From Mytilus californianus (lineage: Eukaryota), in contig NW_026262679.1 in assembly GCF_021869535.1 (NCBI RefSeq), positions 126,480,001-126,544,000 on the forward strand: a stretch of DNA of 64,000 bases, read 5' to 3'. This document shows positions 13,182 through 26,700 of this stretch, piece by piece; the first letter of the stretch is position 1, and every line of letters starts with the position of its first letter. A model generated the notes under the pieces. It was not told the origin of the DNA, did no database searches, and saw only the letters and a program-made list of their open reading frames with translations. The position numbers and the translations under genes were made by a program.

Positions 13182-16100
13182 TTAGTTCTGTCTTCCAGGA
13201 ATAAGATTAGTGACCTCATGAGAGGAATGTAACTTATAGGCACCATGTGACATTCCATGGTCTCCATGACAAGGACGTTTCAAATTTTTGGACCTGAGTT
13301 TTTCCGAGTAGATAAAATGATCTGCCATATCCAATAAATCCAATAATTCCTTAGAAATTCTCTTTCTTTTGTTTTTAACAGATGCCTTTCCAAACGTCTG
13401 CTTCTTTGTTGGTAACTTTGATCTCTGCATGAATTAGAAAAATTGAGAAATTATATATTTTGCAGTCTTATAAGTTCACAAGGCAAATAAAGTCATTTCA
13501 TTTATAATTTGTTTGGAACTATAAAAAAATTATAATATTACAAAAATAAATTTTGTTGATAAAATTTACCATAGTACTTGAAAAAATTTTTGGAAAAAAA
13601 CCCTTTAAAATAGGAAAGCAAATTTTATAAGCAAAATTATATCATATTGGCTGTTGAACAATAACAATAAATTTACATACTTCTCTCTTTTTCTTTTCCT
13701 TTAAGTTATTAGCTTTCTCTCTCTGGATTGGTGGCTTTCTTCCAAAGTGTAATTTTCTCTTTACTTTATGCAAAGGTACTACAAAATATAATTCATAATT
13801 CATAAAAGATCGTAACAATAAGAATAAGAATAAGAATATTTATTATTCCAATCAAGGGCCCTTGATGGGCAGCATAACATGTACACATAAAACAATACAT
13901 CAATGATTTGTAACAGAAAAACATTTTTATATATTAAAATGAAACATTAAAAAAGTTAAGACAGATGTTATTATCTTCATTCTATAAAAAATCACATACA
14001 TTTAATTCCAGGCAGGATCAGAACTATAAAATCATTACAATTATCAATTAACAATAAAGTACACATTCTACAGATTTCTGAAATTTTTGTTTTACATGTA
14101 GTTGATAAATTCTTAAATTCTTATTCCATAAATTTGCCCCATCATGACTATATCAGTTCTCATGAAGAAATTCTTATAACATGTACTCATGTACCCCCCC
14201 CCCCCCTCCCTTCCTTGGCCCTCTAAAAAAAATGAAAAATATATATAACCCAGGGAGTCATGAAACAAATCATTTGAATGCAAGGATGAAATGAGAAAAT
14301 AAAAGGTTAAACCTAAGGGACTCATCTGCATATCTTTTATTTGTTCTTTTCATTGGTCATAACATTTCCAAAATTATATGGTTGCTAGGTGTTCTGATAG
14401 ACTTCCAGGCAGTTTACATATATTCTTTTGACACATTTAATTGTTCCAGGAAAGTGTTTTAAGTCATGATAATTCCAAAAATATTGGTTGCTAGGTGCTT
14501 TTTCCAATTATTGTTGTTCTGAGAGACTTCAAGGAATTTTACTGAAACATTCAGGTAATTGACCAAAGTAGGAATTACATATTTTTGAAATTTAATTGTT
14601 CCATGTCTATGTTTGGGTCTTAACATATAAAAAATACATGGTTGCTAGATGCTTTTCCTAAGCATTATTGTTCTGAAAGACTTCTAGGAAATCTATTAAA
14701 ATGGAATAGTATCCTTTGCAATCCAATTGTACAATATAAAAATTTGGGACAAAATATTAATGTCATAAAAAGAAGAGCTGCTATGTACTGTTTTAAAAAA
14801 ATTCCTGGTCTCTGAGTCTTTTAGGGAATCAAGTTTTAATAAAATTGGAATTAAAAGAGCAATTGTATTGTATCAGAAAATTGGTCATCATCATCCACCA
14901 AGTATAATGCAGTAACAGTTGGTTCCAATATATGCAAGAATGACCAGTTACATTATTTAACAATTTGAAGACAGCTTCAAAAATGTCCTCCTTGATTTAT
15001 ATAGTAGCCCCCCTCTTATATATATACTTCAAATCCATCACATCATCCAAACTAATGGTCAAATAACGTTAGATAGAGCATGCCCTGTGTCTAGTGGTAT
15101 CTGACTGGAAATCTGAGTCAGTACGGACGGACGGACGGACGGACGGACGGACGAACGGATGCATAGACCGAAAAACATAATGCCCCTAGGTGCGGAATAA
15201 AAATGTCGATCGTCTACCATTTCTATCGCTCGTACTAAAGTATAATCACTTGTAAACTATATATATGTTAATTACTTCTATATGGGACCGACATACCTGC
15301 CTTCTTTTCAAAATCTCCATGGGGGATTTTAACCACAAGAGAAACTAATGCATCTCTAATTAATGTCATTTTTAATTTGTATAACATTAATCTATGTTTT
15401 TGTAAGTTATCCTCCTGTGACGTAATCTTCAATTTGTTGAAAGTGGTCACTATATGTTGTAAGTAGAATCAGTGATTTTAATTTTATAAACTAGGGTTTT
15501 GAATGAGTGTATATGTGCTTAAATGTAATTTATCTCCGTGGATGCCTTGTTTGGGGATTAAGGTCATATAATTGAGGATTTCAAGTGTCTGATTAACACC
15601 TCCCACGGGGGAAATGATTAATCCCCCACAAATTGGGAAAAAATATCGACGGGATCCACTTGGTCCGAAACGACTTGGGCTGGAACTACGACGGGATCCA
15701 CGTGGTCCGGAACGACTTGAGCTGGAACTACTTATATCTTGTGTAGAATACCTCACTCCTCACTCGTAAATAAGTACAAATATATAGGAAAACAGGAATT
15801 AGGTGTCTGGCAGATAAAATAATGAACAAAAACAAACAAAAAAACACTCACAAGTTACAACTCATTTCTGCCAAACTGCTGACTAAATATGAAGTTATTC
15901 TGTTCAGTAGTATTTGAGAAAAGTGTGATGAAAATTTTTAAGTTCATTCAACATACTGAAAAATTCAATGTATGATGTGTGACAGGTCCGAAAAGTGCTA
16001 ACACGTTGCATTTCATCACTATTAAACATCTAACTAAATATTATGTTTATATCTACCTGAATAAAGTGGACCGGAAACATTTGTTGGACGAACGAACGGA

Positions 16101-17133
16101 CGGAAAATGTGCATGAAATCAAATTAGCTTCCACTCATACAGCGGGATTTATTGGAGAAATACACTTAAAAAATGACCGAAGTGACCGTCTGTAATGTAA
16201 AACTAGTATAACATTTTTTGTAGGAAGCTCTTACATGCCCCTTCATTCATCCTAATATTGTTAGTCACTTACCAGTTGAGATATCAAAAAGTAAAACTGA
16301 ATCCAAGGCACTGAGACGTATATTACAGGTCTCTGGTTATAGTGACAATGGAAGATGTTGTACTCTCGTAAATGCATCATTACAACAAGTGATCATTTGA
16401 ATCTTAAACCCGATTATTAACTTATAAATATGCCACTTTCAAATCAAAGGTTTTAAAAATCTGATTCATGGCTTAAACGATACGCGAGTTAGGAAAATAA
16501 AAATGTAAATTCCTAGACATACGGACTGGCATCCTGAAACAAGCAGACGCTATTCATGATATTTGTAGAAAGTGGGCAGTTACAACGAGGAAAACAAATG
16601 TGTCAATATTGGCTGGATTTTTTTACACCTAAATCTTTAAATAATGATTCGATCTTTCAAATTGGGATCGAAAACGACATAAAATTGTTTAAATGGTCTA
16701 TTTGTGCAAGTGCAATAACATTTCACACAAGTAAAACAAAAGTTGTTTTCCTTCCGGGTCACCTGAGTTCAGCCGGGTTTATCAATTGAATAATTTTTTC
16801 TGTGAAATGTTTTGTCATATTTTCTATTTTTCATTGACTTATAAATTTTTGAGTGCCCCCTTGGCAACCTCCATTTTCTAAAACCAAACTTACTGCGTAT
16901 GAACGAAAACATTGAAATGGTCGTATTTCAAAGAAAACCTAACTGATTGCACTATGTAAATAAATTACCTTCACTAGAACATGTTTTGGTTGCCTTAACA
17001 GCTACAGCTGGAGATGTGTAGTGACCATTTCTTCTTTTAGCAATGTATTTTCTGGTAGGTTTCCGTGTCCTGGCAGCCATGTCCACTACAACCTTTTCTG
17101 GGGTTGATTCATTGTCCACTTGCTGCAGGACGT
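13182..17133 (-). CDS. Putative orphan basic (about 27% K+R) protein. Exons 17133-16969, 13778-13681, 13424-13182. First in-frame ATG at 17080 gives 150 aa; the N-terminus may be longer
   Basis: Three stop-free segments with canonical acceptors (ttgtag, tttgtag, atgcag) and donors (gtaatt, gtatgt), joined in matching phases (1, then 0). Protein from 17080: MAARTRKPTRKYIAKRRNGHYTSPAVAVKATKTCSSEVPLHKVKRKLHFGRKPPIQREKANNLKEKKKRERSKLPTKKQTFGKASVKNKRKRISKELLDLLDMADHFIYSEKLRSKNLKRPCHGDHGMSHGAYKLHSSHEVTNLIPGRQN. A minus-strand AATAAA cluster lies near 10785-10797. No recognised domain. Confidence 0.55.
15110..15202 (+). mobile_element. HINE 3' end: (ACGG)n plus atgcccctaggtgcggaat-aaaaa hairpin
   Basis: Same terminal architecture as the complete short copy at 53087-53349. 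Confidence 0.6.
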
Positions 17134-17754
17134 CTACAATGGTAATAGAAACAGTGCAATAATACGGTCACCATGGAAGAACTTTGTGACGTTAAAAACG
17201 TCGCCAAGGAAAAATAGGATGACGCTGAAGTTGTCACCTCAACAGAGGAAGAACTTGAGTAATAGGCATCACATGACAGAGGCATACCGGTATATTCATT
17301 AAAATTCTATTACTCGTAATCACAACTAAATGCCCCTTTAACACTATTCAAAACAAGACACAACGAACTAAAGCATGGAAAATAAAGGTAAGTGCAGACG
17401 AGGATACGTAGAATTTAAAAGATGGGAGCAAATTTTGTTACTGGAAAACAACTTAATTTTTGCAAGCAATCTAGCGCTTTTAAATAATGCAATATTTTCT
17501 AACAACCATCTAATCTAACTTTTCTACAATAAATAAGATAATGTAAGGAAACACTGTGTACCAAGTTTTACTTTCTCTGATTTTACAGATTTCGCGCTTT
17601 TAACTTTATATACAAGTCACGTGTTTCAGTTAAAGGTCGTCGCTAAGTGGCGAAAAATCGAAAGCTTTAAATTCTTTTGAGTACAAGATAGCACAGGCCA
17701 TGTGGTCCATATAAACAATACTGGAAATCTTCGACAAAGTGTTCCAATTTTTAC

Positions 17755-20700
17755 ATGGCTACAATGGCAGACGTCAAAGGTAGGATTTTTCTATCCTGTT
17801 CGTTTTTATCTTCATTTATTTCAATTTGACGGAAATTGTATTCGAATGTACGCTTTCAATTCATTATTTAAATACTTTATTAATCAGTAAGTTTTCATTA
17901 ATCAAGTGATTGAGATCGATAAAAGATACACGAGTTAATAACAGGGAAAGTTATTGTTATATCAAAGTATGTAACAGTAGAATATAGTTACACAAATCTA
18001 AACACGAAATATTTTTGAATTTTTATTTAAGTCAGTTATTTGATATGTGAAATAAAATCACAATGAAATGAATGTACACCACTGTAAAAGCTTAAGTGAT
18101 TAAATTTTAAACCAAACATGCTTTTCAAATTCCAAATTTGATTATATTACACTGTACAACAATCAATTGAATAAATTAAAGTTTTTTTTTTAAATAATTT
18201 AATTTGAATTGATCTGTATTATACATTGTATAATAAAATTCACATAAAACATTAAGGCAAATATATTATATAATATAAGACTTCATTTATTTGAACAACA
18301 CCTTTCTCAAAGAACATTTCTAGTTTACTTGGTAATTTGGGGTGTCATATTCTAAGACTACAAAACTATTACTATTATATTAAAAAAAGATAAAAATCAA
18401 TAAACCCATGAAAACAGAAGGATATTTTCTCGGTTTTAATTATTTTACTTAGAATAAAAAAGATGCGATATAACCGTTTTATCTTATATCTTTGTTTTCG
18501 AAACGTGTGTTATCTCGACGCAACCCTTATCTTCATAATCGCAACTGCATCCAATCTCCCAATTGTAATGATTATCTAGAAATTTTGAGGTAATACAATA
18601 TAAAATTTAATAAATAAATAGTGTGTCTCCATCATAAGCTGTTGTATCAATCATAAATAGTGTGTCTCCATCCTAAGCTGTTGTATCAATCATAAATAGT
18701 GTGTCTCCATCATAAGCTGTTGTATCAATCATAAAATATCATTTAATGTTCATAAAGTTTAAGTCTCAATTTTATAACAAATAAATTTCATCACAGACTG
18801 CATAGTCCGTCGTGAACAAAAAAGATTTATAAATTCACTGATATCTGCATATACAATTTCATCAAACATTTAAATAACAATTCAAGTCTTAATCTACAAA
18901 TTTACAGTTTCGACCCATTTAACGTAAACAAGTAATGTTTCTGGGTCGTTGTATCTGAGCGATCACCGTTAAAACATTACTAAGTTGATCACAGTAACGT
19001 GATTGACAGTTTTATGTAATGATCTAATAACTAAATAGACTGTCAAATTATCTTTTGGAAACACGGACATGATCGAAACATTTAGAATAAAAGTTACTTC
19101 ACAACCATTGTGTGCTACAAGTAGAATGAATCTGTCAAATTAGTTAACTCGTGTGTGAGAAGAGGGTACTGGAATCCTTCAGATTTCTCTTCTGTCCCGT
19201 TAAAATAAAATATAAAAAATCATTATCAGGCACTCATTCTATCAAACGGTTAACATATACAAGCACACCCTCTAGTAATAGTTAATGGATCAAATTGATA
19301 TTCAATCTACACAGAATATAAATGTGACGAAGTAAAAAAAAATATATATATATAACGAAAATACGAAAAATGGAATTACACGTATAAAACTACTTGTCCT
19401 TTCTTTTCCTTCTTTTGTTTGAATTTTATACAAATCTCAAAAAACTCTGAAGTATGCAAATGAAATTTACATCAAATCCCTTATTCATTTGTTCCGATAC
19501 ATCTCTAAAATACATACTACAAATAAAAAAGATGTGGAATTATGGACTGTTGAATGAGACCACATCCCAACAAAACAAATAACCAGAAAAAAATCTAGAA
19601 GTCGACACACAGTCCTCAACTATAGACCTGTCTCTTTACAATATGTTGAAACCTCAATTGTCACAAGTTGAAAAATCATGTTTAATAGAGTTGATAGAGA
19701 CTTAATGATAACATTATTTTAAAGAACTTCAAGATATGTTGTGGAAAGTACTAGTGCCTTCCAATACTCCCTAACACATTTATGAGAATATTTCTTTCTC
19801 AGTTTCAACCAAATTTTTCATTTTTGTCTCCATGTAAATTATTATAGAGACTTTGGAATTTAAAATATTTCATTGATCAATTACACTATTTCTAAGGAGA
19901 ACTTCGAAGGCACACTTTCCGAAGAGTGAAAGAAAACCAGGCCAATAAACTTCCAAATATACCAGAGCGAAAAGGTTCACAGGACGATCCCGATGAAGGT
20001 GATCAGTGTTTTCTAGGATATGGGAAACATACAATTATAATATTCACTTGCACTGTTTGGCAAATATCACTACAACCCCATTGTAATTAACAAAATTGTT
20101 AAATCGAACATATTGGTTCTCAACTTACTTCAGATATGAATAACCGCGGAGGTGTTGAATATACGCCAATTACGGAGTCAGAAACTCGACAACTTAAAAA
20201 CAAGTCATCTACAGATGAATCAAACTTGGCGTGGAGTATTAACCATCAAGATTGCAACTCTTAACAACGCAAAACAATAAAATCAAAAGACAACAAGGGA
20301 TAAATCGAGACATGTAATAGACCTATACGTAAATGAGAAAGTAACTCAACGGCAAAAAAAACAATAAGACATCCATAGGTCAACATACGGCCTTCGTATG
20401 ACATGGAAGCCAATGAAATGGATTACCATGGAGGTAGATTATGTCTCATACTGAACACAAGCTGAATTAGCAGTTTACCGTCAACCGCGTCCTTCCGCAT
20501 CAGTAAAATGATTATTGAGAACTATTTCCTCCGAGAAAGTCAAAAGTTGAGAACCCTTAAAAAGTTAATGGGGTTGTTAAAATATAAAGTAATTCTGAAG
20601 TGCCTTGTACCTGCTTATGTATCATTTCATTTCGCCATATAATCATTAATTTTTTTATAGTTTTGTTTATTTGGTAATAATGGAAGGATCTAAGGTTTGT

Positions 20701-23700
20701 TTGCATGCTCAATAAAAAAATATTGTTTAACGATGTGATCAATTTTAATATTACTGCATTCAATTTTATAGCTTGAGTCTGTCTGAGAAGTTTTCGGCAA
20801 AACTAAACTATTACTTTTCATTGATTGAATAATATTGTCCTTTGTTTTTTAGTTTGTTTGCGTTTTTTTATTAATATTATTACCATATTTGATTTTAAAA
20901 TTAATGTTTTGATGTTTTAAAATTAAAGGTGCAGCTCCTTTAATCTACCAGATGTCAATAAAATCATCATTGTATTTAAAATTAAAAAAAAAAGAAACTC
21001 ATATGATAATTTATCATTTTTTTTAAACAAGAGGGAAATAACGTTTAAGAAAATATCTCCACCGTGCGACAGCAAAATGTCATACTAAGTCCAAATATTC
21101 AGGCTGACATCTCAGATATTTTCTTCACTGATATAAACGATATATAAAATTGAGAATTGAAACGGGGAAAGTGTCAAAAAGACAATAACTCGTCCAAAGA
21201 GCAGAAAACAGCCCAAGGCTACCAATGGGTCTTCAAAACAGCGAGAAAATCCCACACCCGGAGGCGGGCTTCAGCTTCATGGCCCTAAACAAAAAATAAT
21301 AATATACATATATGCAGTACTTTTAATAATATTTTATATATTTTAATGTTACTACAAACACGTGAACTTGCAAGTTTCAAATTCTTTGACGGTAATTGCT
21401 TTCTTTTTCGGACAGTGTCGTTTTCTTTGCCAAATATACCGTTCGCTCCCCCTTTTTAAAAAAATTCAGACTGTAATCCTTCTTTAATGCTTTCGGGAAA
21501 TTATCAAGATTATATTTAAAATTCTAAATCCCAAAGTCCTTAAAATCCATTAAATATTTTACACTGGACCTTTGGCAAACGACAATCAATTTGGTATAAT
21601 TTCTCGACCCTTCCTTTCTATGAACTGGATAACATTGTCCTTTCATCCAATCTGAACTGTTACGTTTATATTTTCATGAAATAAAACAACAGAAAAAAAG
21701 TTCGTACTGAAGACGGAAAGTATATACACAGAAATATAGTAACGGAATCTAAAGTGTCTGCCCTTGGTACCTAAAACGAATAAGGAGCGTGTTCCAATCC
21801 AATTGAGATTTTGAAAGTCACCCAAGTACCTATACGTTGACATGTGTATATTTATTTATTTTACCTCTCTTTTTACCATGGACAGATATATATCAGACGA
21901 AGACCTTATAGGTTATCAATCATGTTGAAGTACACATACACCATACTGTTATAAGATTCCAATAATTTTAACACTTTGTCAATAGTATAAATGGATGTAA
22001 GTAATCTGAAGATTTTAATGTTGAGACAACGATTATCTCGACTTTGACACCTCGACGAAGTTTAACCTACAAAGTATTGCTGATCAAGGGATTTAGAGCA
22101 GTATGTGCAGGGGGTCCTGAACAAAACTCGCTGCTTTAGTACCAAATTTCTCTATAAAATTGATAATATTAAGAGATTTTGCCAAATTTTGTTATAAGAC
22201 AATATCAAACCAATGTTCTGATCATTTCAATGAAAAAATCACACAAAGTGTTGTATAGATTTTTATAGATAACCATAACCACAAGACATTAATTTTTCAG
22301 ATATGATAATAAATATTTACAGGATTTTTTGGTAAACTGCCGAAATTGCTTCGTTTTGTCATCTTGTCGTCAGCAATAGAACAAGATCGTTTGCCACATA
22401 ATATCTTTTCAAATTATATATTGCTAACGTGGTTGATAAAAATATCAAATAAGGCCTACATCAACTTATCAAAAGGTTTTTTTTCTTTGTCAAATGTGAA
22501 TCGGTATCATTATCACTGGTTCGGGTTGGGATCGCTGCTTGTTTGCAGTTGATTCACATAGTCACAATCCGCATAGAATCCAATGCGTTCATGACGTGAG
22601 TGGTGGAATTTAAGATTAATAATCGTGTAATTTTACTAAAATCTGAATTTCAACAGTCAGCATTGAACTCGCAAGATTACTGCTCAAATCCTAGCCTAAA
22701 AGGACGATGTATGCTACAGAGGTCACTGCAACTTAAGAGGATTTCCAAGATCGGTCGTCTTTTATATTCGAACTGGCATACCCCTCTTGAGCCGCATACC
22801 TGTGTTGGATTATATCACCTACCCGATCAAACACTGACAAAAATTAGGACGCAGACATAAAAATCAATACCAACAAGTATATAGCTATTGAATAATTAAA
22901 TCTTTAATATTTCCTTACAATAACTTATATTCTTTAAAGTAAAGGTAATTATTATATAAAACATAATAAGGTTTAGAAACAATCCTATATATCAACAATA
23001 CTTATCTCTATTCCACAAGGGTTCAACACATTGTTGGCTTGTTTGTCAGTTGCATTAATGTAAACAAATAATCAATATAAAATTGACAGCATCTACAATC
23101 ATTTACACAACACACTCTCTATAATCCACATGGTGCTGGTACTTTCTGTTTGTGAACTTTCCGATTTTAGGGTATTTGGTCTGGTATTAGTAAGTTGTAA
23201 ACATTTTTATGTTAAACTTTATTTACTGCATCGTGTCTCGGTAAATGATACGATTATAGCAATTTTTTAAAATCTGATTTTATATAATATATTGAATTTT
23301 GATGAAGTTAATGGCAGGTTTTATTAACCCAGGAATATTTTATTGATCGAATTCGTAGGTCGACATTAATACGTTTGCTTTGTTCATTTATTTATTTGTT
23401 GTCAATTGTATTAAAAGCTGTTAGCTGTTTTATCAAATAACACATTTAATCTGTTGTTCTAATATGCTGAAAATACGCTTAAATCGTGACCACTATCATT
23501 GATTTCGCTGTGTGCAAGGCGGTGGAGCGTTTCAATTCACCGATTACAATGCAATTTTCAATAAATTCGCTGATATTACAGATATCAATTTCACAAACAT
23601 CTGTTTAGAAATGTAGGCGAGAGGGCGCTGACAATACCGAGCGGACAGACGCACGATGTTTCTATGTCCCTCGGTCCGTATTGCGGCGGGGGACAATTAA

Positions 23701-26700
23701 CAAGATACTGATTTTGAGATAACGGAAACAATACCCTCTCTTTTTTACCCCCCTAGGCGAGGCATACAAATGGAAATATATATCATATCATGGAAGTAGT
23801 CAATATAATACTTTCATGATCATGTCAAAAGTATTTTTAGAAACCAATGACCGTCGATTACTTAGGTTAGTAACTTTGGTGTGTAACAACTTGGTGCTCT
23901 TAAGTCGGTCTTAGTTTAAATAAAATGCTTCGCTGGGCGCAGCTTGATACGACCGCAGAGGTCGAACCCTGAACAGTTGGGGCAAGTATGGACACAACAT
24001 TCAAGCTTGATACAGCTCTGAATTTGGATTGTGATTAAATATTTGACACAGCATAGGTTTCTGACACAGAAAGAATGTGGTCTAAGAACTTCAATTTTTT
24101 TAATTTACCTATTATGGTCCAATGTCCAAAATCAAAATACATGGTTAGATTCAGCATATCAAAGAACCCCATATATTCAATTTTTGTTGAAATCAAACAA
24201 AGTTTAATTTTGGACCCCAACTTGGACAAACTTGAAAACTGGTCCAATAATCAAAAATCTAAACACATGTTTAGATTCAGCATATCAAAGTACCCCAAGA
24301 ATTCAATTTTTGTTAAAATCAAACTAAGTTTAATTTTGGACCCTTTGGACCTTAATGTAGACCAATTTAAAAAACGGGACCCAAAATTAAAAATCTAAAA
24401 ACACGGTTAGATTTGGCATATCAAAGAACCCCAATAATTCAATTTTTGATGAAATCAAACAAAGTTTAATTTGGACCCTTTTGACCTCAATATGAACCAA
24501 TTTGATAGCAGGCCCACAAAATAAAAAATCTAAATACATGGTAAGATTCAGCATATCAAAGAACCCCATATATTCAATTTTTGTTGAAATCAAACAAAGT
24601 TTAATTTTGGACCCCAATTTAGACCAACTTCAAAACTGGGCCAAAAATCTAAAATCTAAATACATGTTTAGATTCAGCATATCAAAGAACCCCATATATT
24701 CAATTTTTGTTGAAATCAAACAAAGTTTAATTTTGGACCCCAACTTGGACCAACTTGAAAACTGGTCCCATAATCAAAAATCTAAACACATGTGTAGATT
24801 CAGCATATCAAAGAACCCCAAAAATTCAATTTTTGTTAAAATCAAACTAAGTTTAATTTTGGACCCTTTGGACCTTAATGTAGACCAATTTAAAAAACGG
24901 GACCCAAAATTAAAAATCTAAATACACGGTTAGATTTGGCATATCAAAGAACCCCAATAATTAAATTTTTGATGAAATCAAACAAAGTTTAATTTTGGAC
25001 CCTTTTGACCTCAATATGAACCAATTTGATAGCAGGCCCACAAATAAAAAATCTAAATACATGGTAAGATTCAGCATATCAAAGAACCCCATATATTCAA
25101 TTTTTGTTGAAATCAAACAAAGTTTAATTTTGGACCCCAATTTGGACCAACTTGAAAACTGGGCCAAAAATCTAAAATCTAAATACATGTTTAGATTCAG
25201 CATATCAAAGAACCCCATATATTCAATTTTTGTTGAAATCAAACAAAGTTTTATTTTGGACCCCAACTTGGACCAACTTGAAAACTGGGCCCATAATCAA
25301 AAATCTAAACACATGTTTAGATTCAGCATATCAAAGAACCCCAAGAATTCAATTTTTGTTAAAATCAAACTAAGTTTAATTTTGGACCCTTTGGACCTTA
25401 ATGTAGACCAATTTATAAACGGGACCCAAAATTAAAAATCTAAATACACGGTTAGATTTGGCATATCAAAGAACCCCAATAATTCAATTTTTGATGAAAT
25501 CAAACAAAGTTTAATTTTGGACCCTTTTGACCTCAATATGAACCAATTTGATAGCGGGTCCACAAATAAAAAATCTAAATACATGGTTAGATTCAGCATA
25601 TCAAAGAACCCCAAGAATTCAATTGTTGATGAAATCAAACAAAGTTTAATTTTGGACCCTTTTGACCTCAATGTGGACAAAGTTGATAACGGGGCCCAAA
25701 AATCAAAAATCTAAATACATGATTAGATTCAGCATATCAAAGAACCCCATATATTCAATTTTTGCTGAAATCAAACAAAGTTTAATTTTGGACCCCGATT
25801 TGGACCAACTTGAAAACTGGGCCCATAATCAAAAATCTAAACACATGTTTAGATTTAGCATATCAAAGTACCCTAAAAATTCAATTTTTGTTAAAATCAA
25901 ACTAAGTTTAATTTTGGACCCTTTTGACCTTAATGTAGACCAATTTGAAAACGGAACCAAAAATTAAGAATCTAAATACCCGGTTAGATTCGGCATATCA
26001 AAGAACCCCAATAATTCAATTTTTGATGAAATCAAACAAAGTTAAATTTTGGACCCTTTGGACCTCAATGTGGACCAATTTAAAAACGGGGCCCAAAATC
26101 CAAAAACTTAATACACGGTTAGATTCAGCATATTAAAGAACCCCAAGAATTCAAGAATAAAACCCCATTGAAATTGATCAAGAAATAAGCAATTTATACG
26201 AAGTATCTTCTTTTGCACAATACTGTGCAATTGAATATTTCTTGCTATTTTGCAATACTGTACAATTGACAATTTCTTGCTATTGCGCAATATTGTGCTA
26301 TTGGATATTTCTTGCTATTGCGCAATACTGTGCAATTGAAGATTTCTTGCTATTGCGCAATACTGTGCAATTGAAGATTTCTTGCAATTGTGCAATACTG
26401 TTCAATTGAAAATTTCTTGCTATTGCACAATACTTATTATATAATAATTTACACATCCTGTTTGGTGTGTATCTCCTACCATATCATTATTATTTGCTTT
26501 TAAATATTAATCAGAAATAACCAACTTAAAATGGAAAATTTTAAAAGAAAAAAAAAATGAAAAAAAAGAAGAAAAAAAAATCCCCCCCCCCCCCCCCAAT
26601 TTTTTGAACCCCCTTATGATTCATCACCCCCAAACTCAATCCCAGCCTTCCCTTTGTGGTATGGTACCTTGCAGTACAATTTCAGAGAGATCCATACACT

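Noticed and set aside
15484-15756. RS-rich ORF (SSSSSSRSGPRGSRRSSSPSR), protamine-like in appearance
   Set aside because: Derives from a short ~42-bp duplicated motif (acgggatccac…ggtccg(a/g)aacgactt) typical of element subterminal repeats. No good donor links it to the orphan gene.
17173-17263. Plus-strand Kozak ATG reading MEELCDVKNVAKEK*DDAEVVTSTEEELE*
   Set aside because: In-frame stop after 14 codons and no splice support.
24035-26136. Long ORFs (up to 146 aa) with LRR-like periodic Leu (SLILDPNLDQLENW)
   Set aside because: 126- and 135-bp monomers are multiples of 3, which gives open frames on both strands. Stops recur in one monomer type, and the array lies within a transposon.
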